Shown here piece after piece: positions 38,313-47,036 of a DNA stretch of 64,000 nucleotides. Where the stretch lies: assembly GCA_964593755.1 (NCBI GenBank), contig CAZQKB010000012.1, positions 14,665-78,664 on the forward strand, written 5' to 3'. Position 1 is the first letter of the stretch. Every line of letters begins with the position of its first letter. The notes below the pieces were generated by a model. It saw only the letters and a list, made by a program, of their open reading frames with translations. It made no database searches and was not told the origin of the DNA. A program made the position numbers and the translations under genes. The stretch is from an uncultured Mesohalobacter sp. (GTDB lineage Bacteria; Bacteroidota; Bacteroidia; Flavobacteriales; Flavobacteriaceae).

Positions 38313-39431
38313 ATGAATTTTGAAAACGTAATAGGTCAGGAACATATCAAAAAGCACATGAAGGTGTGTTATAAAAACAACAGAATGCCTCATGCACAGC
38401 TTTTTGTTGGTGAAAATGGCTATGGCACATTAGCTATGGCACTGGCAACCGCAGATCTTATTCTCAACTCCAATCCAGATAAGCAAATTTACTCATCTGT
38501 GATACAGCATCCTGATTTCCACATTGCTGTGCCTGTAAACTCACCTAAAAGTGGTTCTAAATCTACAACCTCTGATTTTATACAACCTTGGCAGGAGTTA
38601 GCAAAGGAAAATCCATACATAGACTTACAAACCTGGTATTCTAAAATTGGAATCGAAAAGAAAAAGGGCATCATGTCTGTTCATGAAGCAGAACGCATTT
38701 CGGAAGAACTCGCTCTGAAACCGCATTCTGGAGTCGCTAAAGTTATGATTGTTTGGTGTGCAGATAAACTTAATACGCAAGCGGCAAATAAACTACTGAA
38801 AATTATAGAAGAACCGCCAAGTAAAACTTTTTTAATCCTGACAACAGATAAAGAAGAGTCCATTTTAGACACTATAAAATCTAGGTGTCAAAGCCTGTAT
38901 TTTAATAGATTGAGTCAAGATTTGATAAGAAAGGCTTTGATTGAAAGATACAATATCGAAGGCTCAAAAGCAGGTTTTATAGCTCAGCAGGCCGATGGAG
39001 ATTTTTGCCATGCCATTAACCTTATAAGCAACAATGAAGAAATTCTGGAATTTGAAGACTGGTTTGTCAGTTGGGTTAGACTAGCTTTTCAGGCCAAAAA
39101 AAATAAACAGGTCGTACAAAATTTAATAAGCTGGAGCCACAATATTGCCGATCATTCCAGAGATAAGCAAATCAGGTTTCTTCAGTTCTGTCTGCAATTT
39201 TTCAGACAGGCTCTTCTAAAAAATTATAAGATTGATGATTTGGTATTTCTAAAAACTCAACAGGACTTTTCGCTGGAAAAATTTGCTCCTTTCGTACATG
39301 GTAAGAATATTGACCCCATTCAAAAGACTATTCACGAAGCTATTTTTCATATCGATAGGAATGTAAATTCTAAAATGGTCATTAGTGATATTTCTTTTAA
39401 GCTTTCCAGATACATTCATATGAAAGCTTAA
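38313..39431 (+). CDS. holB: DNA polymerase III delta' subunit
   Basis: VIGQE, PHAQLF, HPDFH, ANKLLKIIEEPP, TIKSRC. Confidence 0.9.
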   Translation: MNFENVIGQEHIKKHMKVCYKNNRMPHAQLFVGENGYGTLAMALATADLILNSNPDKQIYSSVIQHPDFHIAVPVNSPKSGSKSTTSDFIQPWQELAKENPYIDLQTWYSKIGIEKKKGIMSVHEAERISEELALKPHSGVAKVMIVWCADKLNTQAANKLLKIIEEPPSKTFLILTTDKEESILDTIKSRCQSLYFNRLSQDLIRKALIERYNIEGSKAGFIAQQADGDFCHAINLISNNEEILEFEDWFVSWVRLAFQAKKNKQVVQNLISWSHNIADHSRDKQIRFLQFCLQFFRQALLKNYKIDDLVFLKTQQDFSLEKFAPFVHGKNIDPIQKTIHEAIFHIDRNVNSKMVISDISFKLSRYIHMKA

Positions 39432-39439
39432 TTATAAAG

Positions 39440-39471
39440 TTTTAGCCCCATAAAAACTTTATGAGGCTAAA
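39440..39471. terminator. Bidirectional terminator
   Basis: tttagccccataaaaactttatgaggctaaa hairpin between convergent genes. Confidence 0.65.
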
Positions 39472-39488
39472 CAATAAATATATCTATA

Positions 39489-39887
39489 TTATAATGCGGG
39501 CTCTTCCTGTAGCACTTCCAAAAAGAAATCCATCATTTCTTCTTTCAAATCATAGTGTAGTTTAATATAAGTACGCATATCTTCTTTTAGAGGTCTTTGT
39601 TCGTTCTGTAAGCGACCGTCGATATTTTCATTGAAATCTACATTAAGTATATTCACCATTTTATTTCTACACCTGTGCTTTAACTTAGAAATGGCATCTT
39701 TTTCTAACATTATTCTGTTTTGAAAAACTTCCAGTTTTACCATTGTCAAAGGATCTTGATTCCGTCTTGCAATTTCTTCAAGTTTGTCCTGGAAAGTGTC
39801 CATCTCATGAAAGTGAAAACGAAGTTCACGTTTCCAGGTTTCAATACTAAATTTTAAATCGCTTAAATACATTAATTTGGTTTGCAT
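39489..39887 (-). CDS. Hypothetical helical protein downstream of the EF-G paralog
   Basis: 132-aa ORF 11 bp after the EF-G paralog stop; W..EL.F...E...F...LEE pattern. Confidence 0.7.
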   Translation of the reverse strand: MQTKLMYLSDLKFSIETWKRELRFHFHEMDTFQDKLEEIARRNQDPLTMVKLEVFQNRIMLEKDAISKLKHRCRNKMVNILNVDFNENIDGRLQNEQRPLKEDMRTYIKLHYDLKEEMMDFFLEVLQEEPAL

Positions 39888-39898
39888 ATCTTAAAATT

Positions 39899-42019
39899 TT
39901 AAATTGTTAATACTTGTTGTTCTTTAATTAGCGCTTCTTGAATATTTGAAGGCACAGGATTATAGCCTTTAAATTTTGTAGCATAGGTTGCTCTGCCCTG
40001 AGTTATTGAGCGAAGTTGTGATGAAAAATTTGAAAGTTCTGAAGAGGGAATTTCACATTTCAGGATTTGATAATTGGCCTCCATTGTAATACCTTGTATA
40101 ATGGCTCTTCTGCTTTGTAATTCTGTCATAACACTACCTATCATTTGCTCAGGAGCTTTTAGTTCCATGAGTTCTACAGGTTCTAATAATTTTGGTTTGG
40201 CGTTCAAAAAGGCTTCTTTAAAGGCGTGAGCACCTGCAATTTTAAATGAAATATCATTAGAATCTACAGAATGCATCTTACCATCATACACCATTACTCG
40301 AATATCTCGTGCGTACGAATTTGTAAGTGGCCCGGATTCCATAACTTCCAAAATTCCTTTCATGATTGAAGGTAAATAGCGCTGGTCTATTACCCCTCCA
40401 ACAATACAGTTGTAGAAAACCAATTTGCCGTCCCAGGCTAAGTCAACAACCTCTTTTCCTCTTAAAGAAAACCCTTCCGGTTCAGGCATTCCCTCGAAAT
40501 AGGGTTCAATTTTTAAATGCACCTGGCCAAATTGTCCGGAACCACCACTTTGCTTTTTATGTCTGTAATTTGCTGTCGCACTGCGCTGGATGGTTTCCCT
40601 GTAGGATATTTTTGGCGCTTCAAATTTTGCTGCAACACTATAAATGTTCTCCAAAATCCAGGTTAAGGTTGCCAAATGTAATTCCCCTTGTGTTGAAACT
40701 AAAGTTTGATTGGTTTCATTGTTATAACTTAATTCGATGGTCAGGTCCTGAGAGTGTATGCGTCTTAAGGCTTCACTGAGTTTCTCTTCTTCAGATTTGT
40801 TTACAGCAAAAACTGCTTTTGTTAATCTTGGTTGTGGAAACTTTATGGGCTTAAAGGTTCCTGCTTCAGCTGAATGTGAAAGTGTGTCGTTAGTTTCTGT
40901 AAACTTAAGCTTTGTAGTAGCACCAATATCTCCAACTGTCAATTTTTTGACAGGATGCTTTAGCTTTCCGTCCATAATTAAGAGCTGATTGAGTGTTTCA
41001 GATTCTCCTGTCCTGGTATTATAAAGCTTATCATTTACTTTTACTTCACCTGACATCACTTTAAAGAAAGTAATTTGACCCAAGTTAGGCTGGTAAAGTG
41101 TTTTAAAAACAAATAAGGATGTATCAGCATTTTTATCCGGCCTGATAAGCTCACCTTCTATAGTTTGCTTAGGTTTTAAATCCGCCGCTGCTGGCGCTAC
41201 ATTATCAATAAAACCCATTAGTCTTCCTGACCCCATATCATATAAAGCAGATACGCAGAATACCGGAAACAAATCATGGTTAAGCATACCCAGTTTGATG
41301 CCTAGTCGCATTTCGTCTTCATTGAGTGTACCTTTTTCGAAATAAAGCTCCATGAGCTCTTCATCATTTTCAGCGGCCTTTTCAACCAATTCGTTGTGTA
41401 ATTGATTAGCTCTATCCAATTGATCTTCCGGAATTGGCAGTTTTTCAGGTTTGCCACCTTCTGGTCCAAATTTGTAGCAACGCATTTTTAAGACATCAAT
41501 GATACATTGAGCACCGTCTATTTTAATGGGATATTGGATAAGTACGGCATTATTACCAACAAGTTCATTTAAACTTTCTACACTGGCATCGAAGTTTGCT
41601 TTTTCGCTGTCCATTTTGTTGATAACAAAAAGTGTGGGTTTATGGTAACGGTCTACGTAATTCCAAATGATTTCTGTTCCAATATCGGCACCATGTTTTG
41701 CATTGATTACGGTTACAATAGTATCCGCGACCTTTATAGAAGACATGATTTCACCAATAAAATCGTCTAATCCCGGCGTATCAATGATGTTGATCTTATA
41801 GTTGCGCCATTCAGTATGCAAAGGGGTAGCAAAAACAGAAGCACCACGTTGATGTTCAAACTCGTGATAATCCGATACTGTATTTTGTTGTTCTACGGTG
41901 CCTCTTCTGTTAATGAGTCCTGCTTCGAAAAGCATAGTCTCGGCCAATGTGGTCTTACCAGAACGGTGGGCACCAACAAAAGCCACATTTTTAATGTGTT
42001 TGTCATCAAACTGTTTCAT
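39899..42019 (-). CDS. Elongation factor G paralog (EF-G2-like)
   Basis: GKTT, DTPG, NKMD, YRETI, KKQSGGSGQFG, HSVDS, LLEP; divergent G1 and switch II. Confidence 0.9.
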   Translation of the reverse strand: MKQFDDKHIKNVAFVGAHRSGKTTLAETMLFEAGLINRRGTVEQQNTVSDYHEFEHQRGASVFATPLHTEWRNYKINIIDTPGLDDFIGEIMSSIKVADTIVTVINAKHGADIGTEIIWNYVDRYHKPTLFVINKMDSEKANFDASVESLNELVGNNAVLIQYPIKIDGAQCIIDVLKMRCYKFGPEGGKPEKLPIPEDQLDRANQLHNELVEKAAENDEELMELYFEKGTLNEDEMRLGIKLGMLNHDLFPVFCVSALYDMGSGRLMGFIDNVAPAAADLKPKQTIEGELIRPDKNADTSLFVFKTLYQPNLGQITFFKVMSGEVKVNDKLYNTRTGESETLNQLLIMDGKLKHPVKKLTVGDIGATTKLKFTETNDTLSHSAEAGTFKPIKFPQPRLTKAVFAVNKSEEEKLSEALRRIHSQDLTIELSYNNETNQTLVSTQGELHLATLTWILENIYSVAAKFEAPKISYRETIQRSATANYRHKKQSGGSGQFGQVHLKIEPYFEGMPEPEGFSLRGKEVVDLAWDGKLVFYNCIVGGVIDQRYLPSIMKGILEVMESGPLTNSYARDIRVMVYDGKMHSVDSNDISFKIAGAHAFKEAFLNAKPKLLEPVELMELKAPEQMIGSVMTELQSRRAIIQGITMEANYQILKCEIPSSELSNFSSQLRSITQGRATYATKFKGYNPVPSNIQEALIKEQQVLTI

Positions 42020-42165
42020 ATTGATTTGATTTTGAGATGTATATGCATGATTAGAAATCAAGGCTTTAAAAGTACATCTCAAATACAGTTTAAAATATGA
42101 CCGCTGTTAGATATTGTTAATAAATACTTATTCAGACTGAAAGACAGAATTGAAAATAATTTAAA

Positions 42166-42795
42166 CTAAACAACCTGTAAAACTTCGCTTTCTGAACATA
42201 CATAAATGTGTTCCTCCTTTTCAGGATTGATATAATAATTCCCGGTAAATTGTCCAAATGCCGGTAGAATCAACTGGTATTTTTTTTGATAAAAGCACGA
42301 GAGATTTAAGGATTGTCTGCCTTTCCCTCTCAGTTTGTAACCCGGATGAATGTGTCCGCACATATTGAAATCTTCACCGCAATCTTCAGGTTTATGGGTA
42401 AGACAAAATCCACTAGCTTTAAAGTCGTGTTGAACAGAAAACCCCAGACCTTCAAATTTTGATACAGGTATTACATCGTGGTTGCCGACAATCAGGCTAA
42501 AATCTACCGGTTGTCTTTTGGTCCATTGTTCAAAGATTTGCCAGGATTTATTTAAAGCTGAATGAAATAAATCTCCTAAAAAGACAAGCGATCGGGGTTG
42601 AAATTCTGCAATATTTTGTTCTAAATTTATATAATCCATGGCATTGGAAAGGTCCGGTAGAGCACTGCCATGTTTTCTAAAATGTTCTATTTTTCCCAGG
42701 TGAAGGTCAGCAACTATAAGCATTTGCTCATTTTCCCAAAACATGGAACCATAATTGTGTAAAATGAATTTTTGGTTTTTAATGCTAATTTCCAA
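42166..42795 (-). CDS. pdeM: Ligase-associated DNA damage response metallophosphoesterase/endonuclease
   Basis: ADLHLGK, LGDLFH, GNHD, GHIHPG, LPAFG.FTG. Confidence 0.88.
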   Translation of the reverse strand: MEISIKNQKFILHNYGSMFWENEQMLIVADLHLGKIEHFRKHGSALPDLSNAMDYINLEQNIAEFQPRSLVFLGDLFHSALNKSWQIFEQWTKRQPVDFSLIVGNHDVIPVSKFEGLGFSVQHDFKASGFCLTHKPEDCGEDFNMCGHIHPGYKLRGKGRQSLNLSCFYQKKYQLILPAFGQFTGNYYINPEKEEHIYVCSESEVLQVV

Positions 42796-42887
42796 TAGCT
42801 AAATTTTTAATTTTCATTAAAGGCCTATTAATTTATCGCCTTTCTTAAGGCAACATTTAAAGTGGCTGGACTGTGCAATTGTTAAAA

Positions 42888-43979
42888 TTAGACTTTTGCA
42901 GATTTTGCTTTCTCTTTAGCCAATTCATTTCTTTCAATTTTGTGTCCTGGTCTGGACCATTTTGGTTTTTCACCTAAGGCCTGAAATTCTGCAGCCTCTT
43001 TTGGTTTTGATACTGGTTTGTCTCCTTTTTCAAAAGCTTTTTGAGGTTTTAAACCAAGTGCCTTAAATAAAGCCATGTCTTCATTGACATCAGGATTAGG
43101 TGTCGTCAACAATTTGTCTCCTGCAAAAATGGAATTGGCACCTGCAAAGAAACACATGGCCTGTCCTTCTTTGCTCATCTGGGTTCTTCCGGCAGATAAA
43201 CGGACTTGGGTTTTAGGCATGACTATTCTCGTTGTAGCTATCATTCGCACCATCTCCCAAATTTCAACAGTTTGCTGGTCTTCGAGAGGAGTGCCTTCAA
43301 CTGGCACTAAGGCGTTGATCGGGGTTGATTCGGGCTGAGGATTTAGATTTGATAATTGAACCAACATGTCTGCACGATCTTCAATACTCTCTCCCATACC
43401 TATAATTCCGCCACTACACACGGTAACATTGGTTTTTCTGACATTATCTATGGTGTCTAAACGGTCCTGATAACCTCTGGTGGAGATCACTTCCTTATAG
43501 TATTCTTCAGAAGAATCTAAATTATGGTTGTAAGCGTAAAGTCCGGCTTCGGCAAGGCGTTTTGCCTGATTTTCGGTTACCATACCAAGTGTGCAGCAAA
43601 CTTCCATATCGAGGTTATTCACGGTGCGAACCATGTCCAGGACTTTTTCAAAATCTTCACCGTCTTTTACATTTCGCCAGGCTGCGCCCATACAAAGCCT
43701 TGAGCTTCCTGATGCTTTGGCTCTTAATGCCTGAGCCTTTACATGAGATACCTCCATGAGGTCGTTTCCTTCAATGTTGGTGTGATATCTGGCCGCCTGA
43801 GGACAATATCCGCAGTCTTCAGGACAACCTCCTGTTTTTATAGACAATAAAGTAGACACCTGAACTGTATTGGGATCGTGATATTTACGATGCACGGTTG
43901 CCGCTTCATACATCAAATCCATAAGAGGTTTGTTGTATATGTCCAGAATTTCTGCTCTTGTCCAGTGTTTTTGTGCCAT
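42888..43979 (-). CDS. bioB: Biotin synthase
   Basis: CPEDCGYC, YNHNLD, CSGGI.G.GE, RLSAGR, GANSIF. Confidence 0.96.
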   Translation of the reverse strand: MAQKHWTRAEILDIYNKPLMDLMYEAATVHRKYHDPNTVQVSTLLSIKTGGCPEDCGYCPQAARYHTNIEGNDLMEVSHVKAQALRAKASGSSRLCMGAAWRNVKDGEDFEKVLDMVRTVNNLDMEVCCTLGMVTENQAKRLAEAGLYAYNHNLDSSEEYYKEVISTRGYQDRLDTIDNVRKTNVTVCSGGIIGMGESIEDRADMLVQLSNLNPQPESTPINALVPVEGTPLEDQQTVEIWEMVRMIATTRIVMPKTQVRLSAGRTQMSKEGQAMCFFAGANSIFAGDKLLTTPNPDVNEDMALFKALGLKPQKAFEKGDKPVSKPKEAAEFQALGEKPKWSRPGHKIERNELAKEKAKSAKV

Positions 43980-44254
43980 GCTTTGGTTTTTGAAATGTCA
44001 AATTTATGTTAAGAAAATCAAATTTACAAAAAAGATGAGGTTCTCAAAATAAGTCGATTGATATTATTATTGATTCTTCCTAAATCTAAGTAAAAGACAT
44101 TTTTATCTAAAATTTAAACCCGGTATTGTATCTAACTTCAAAGGTTTATTTAAATAAAGTGATTGTCAGTTTCTTAAGAATTAGGGTAATCCTTTTTTGT
44201 GTTGTTTTAGTATTGGATTGCAATTTAAAATTATTCATCTTAAAGCATAATACC

Positions 44255-46045
44255 ATGAAATCAAAAAGTTTATTTAAATTCCTTTTAGCTGTATCGCTTA
44301 TCTTTTTTTCATCATGTGACAATGAATCCTTTGATGATCGTCTTACCGAAAACCCCACTGTTACACCTAGTACTTTTTCAGAATATTTTGGAAATGACAT
44401 TAGTCGTGATTTTATGGGAAAAGTTGTTGATATCAATCATAATCCCATTCCAAATGCAGAAATCTCAATTGGTGGAGATACGGCTTTAACCGATAATAAT
44501 GGTGTTTTTATAATCAGAGATGCCAATGTAAAAGAACGGTTTGCCTATGTTAAAGCAAAAAAAACAGGTTATATCCATGGCTCAAGAAGTCTGGTGCCTT
44601 CTGAAGGTACGAATCAGATCCAGATTATGCTCCTGCAGGAAAATGTCATCAGTACTATTGAAAGCGGAATTGAAAATGTCGTGACCTTACCCAATGGCAG
44701 TGCAGTAAAATTTGATGGCAATTTTACGAAGCCTGATGGCTCAGATTATTCCGGTTCAGTAGATGTGATATTTCATCATTTAAATCCTGCTGATGAAGAT
44801 ATGCGTTTACAAATGCCCGGGATGCTTTATGCTGAAAATCAGGATGGTGCTGAAAGAATGCTACAAACCTTTGGAATGCTGGCAGTAGAATTAAAAGGCA
44901 GTGCTGGTGAAGACCTTAATCTTGCAGAGGGTTCTACGGCAGAAATTACCATGCCTTTGGACTCGAGTTTATTGGCTACAGCACCTCAGACTATTCCATT
45001 GTGGTATTTTGATGAAGACCTTGGCTATTGGAAAGAAGAAGGTCAGGCCAAACTTCAAGGGAATACCTATGTTGGAGAAGTGTCGCATTTTAGCTTTTGG
45101 AATTGTGATGTGCAGGCTGATGCCAGTATGGTTTGTGTAAATGTTTTATCTGAAGATGGTCAACCCTTGTCTAATACGCAGATTGTCATCACAAGTGCAA
45201 ATTATGGAAGCTCTTATGGTTATACAAATTCTGATGGTGTAGCTTGTGGTTTTGTGCCTTCCGGAGAAACTTTAATTATTGAAATAGATATTTATCAAGG
45301 AAATTGCAGTTCAGATTTTACTTACACAGAAAATATAGGTCCATTTTCAGGAGATGATGTTGTAACTATAAATCTTCCTCCGTTTCCCGAAGGAAGTACA
45401 GAGACTATTACTGGATTTTTTAATGCCTGTGATAATTCGCCGGTAACAAATGGTTATGTCGAGTTAAGGCATAATGGGCTAACATATATGGAAAATGTAG
45501 AAAATGGAGCATTTGAATTTTCGATATTCAGTTGTCCTGATAATTCAACATTTACACTCATCGGTTTTGATTATGATAATCTTCAAACTACCGGAGAAAT
45601 TAATTTGACCTTTACTTCCCCAGTGACTGATATTGGGAATTTAATAGCGTGTAATACTGTAGATGAGTTTGCAAATATCACTGTTGGGAACTTTTATGAA
45701 ACTACTTTTATCGGAAACTTTGACGTTATCTCAAATAATAATTTTCTTCAAATTTTCAATTTTCAAGGTAATGAATGCCTGAATATTTTCGGGGCAATTG
45801 ATGAAAATAACCCTATAGGAACTTATGATGGATTAGAGATTAACAATCCGTCAGATACTGGTTTTTCATTAAATATTGAAGGTTGTTTCCCTTTTGACAC
45901 CTCAGATAATAATGTGAATTATGATTTGACTTCTTATGGAAATCCAGGAGAATATATAGACATCAATATTTCAGGAACTGTCAAAGACACTCTCAATGCT
46001 ACACATAATGTGAATGGTACTATTCATGTATTGAGAGATCAATAA
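44255..46045 (+). CDS. Surface lipoprotein with carboxypeptidase-regulatory-like and beta-sandwich domains
   Basis: Lipobox FSSC; TDNNGVF; IPLWYFDE..G.WKEEG; HFSFWNCD. Confidence 0.75.
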   Translation: MKSKSLFKFLLAVSLIFFSSCDNESFDDRLTENPTVTPSTFSEYFGNDISRDFMGKVVDINHNPIPNAEISIGGDTALTDNNGVFIIRDANVKERFAYVKAKKTGYIHGSRSLVPSEGTNQIQIMLLQENVISTIESGIENVVTLPNGSAVKFDGNFTKPDGSDYSGSVDVIFHHLNPADEDMRLQMPGMLYAENQDGAERMLQTFGMLAVELKGSAGEDLNLAEGSTAEITMPLDSSLLATAPQTIPLWYFDEDLGYWKEEGQAKLQGNTYVGEVSHFSFWNCDVQADASMVCVNVLSEDGQPLSNTQIVITSANYGSSYGYTNSDGVACGFVPSGETLIIEIDIYQGNCSSDFTYTENIGPFSGDDVVTINLPPFPEGSTETITGFFNACDNSPVTNGYVELRHNGLTYMENVENGAFEFSIFSCPDNSTFTLIGFDYDNLQTTGEINLTFTSPVTDIGNLIACNTVDEFANITVGNFYETTFIGNFDVISNNNFLQIFNFQGNECLNIFGAIDENNPIGTYDGLEINNPSDTGFSLNIEGCFPFDTSDNNVNYDLTSYGNPGEYIDINISGTVKDTLNATHNVNGTIHVLRDQ

Positions 46046-46118
46046 ACACATGGTTCCAAATTACAACTATTGAATACTCTCATTGATCGATTTACTTAGA
46101 TGTTTTGTTAGATTGATG

Positions 46119-46151
46119 GCCCTGCTTTAGCTATGCTATTGCAGGGTTTTT
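46119..46151 (+). terminator. Intrinsic terminator
   Basis: gccctgc...gcagggttttt. Confidence 0.6.
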
Positions 46152-46201
46152 GCTATTTGGGATATTAATGTTAAGCGCAAAGTTTGCAACTTTGGAGATA
46201 T

Positions 46202-46960
46202 CTAACCCAAAAACAACTTAGCTATCGCCAAAATCATAACCACAATCAGAACGTAGTAAGCTATTTGATCTGCTTTTTTGTATTGACTTGCAAATTTTGC
46301 TGTAAGGTATCCTCCGAGAGTTTGGCCCACAGCCATAATACCTCCTAATTTCCAGTCTATCATACCCTGAAAGTGAAAAAGAAGAATCAGTAAAAAGGTA
46401 TACACTGCAATCACAAATCCCTTGATGGCGTTACTTTCAATAATATTTACCCGAATTCCCAAAACCATGATGATCAAAAAGAAAACACCCATGCCCATTT
46501 GGATAAAACCTCCGTAAAATCCCAATGCAAATAAAACAGGTATGTAAAAATACCATTTAGGCTTAAAGTTTTCGTCAGTAGGGCGAAGCCATCTTTTAGG
46601 TTTAATAAGTATAGCCACCAACATAAAAACCATCATGAATTTAAAAACAGATTTAAACTCTTCGTTACTGACATTTATCGCTAAAGCTCCGCCGGCAATA
46701 GCTCCTAAAACAATCGTGAGAATGTATTTTTTATTGGGCTCTAATTTTAACTTTCCGCTTTTTTTAAAGACTACCGAGGTAATAGCAGATTGTGTAAAAA
46801 TACCTATACGATTTGTGCCATTAGCCATATTTGGTGGTAAGCCTAAGATTTCTGTTAGAATCGTAAGTGTGATCGCACTCCCATTTCCTGCTAACGTATT
46901 TATGCCTCCTGCAATTAGCGCGCCAATTATGGCAATTATATAACTTTCAATCTCGGACAT
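46202..46960 (-). CDS. TauE/SafE family membrane protein
   Basis: AGGINTLAGNG, ANGTNR, GFYGGFIQMGMG; multi-TM. Confidence 0.88.
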   Translation of the reverse strand: MSEIESYIIAIIGALIAGGINTLAGNGSAITLTILTEILGLPPNMANGTNRIGIFTQSAITSVVFKKSGKLKLEPNKKYILTIVLGAIAGGALAINVSNEEFKSVFKFMMVFMLVAILIKPKRWLRPTDENFKPKWYFYIPVLFALGFYGGFIQMGMGVFFLIIMVLGIRVNIIESNAIKGFVIAVYTFLLILLFHFQGMIDWKLGGIMAVGQTLGGYLTAKFASQYKKADQIAYYVLIVVMILAIAKLFLG

Positions 46961-47036
46961 TTAGTAGTGCTTGTATGGTATTATCAATTGCAAAGTAACA
47001 GCTTTAGAATGACAATGAAAGTAGCTTAAAACACAT

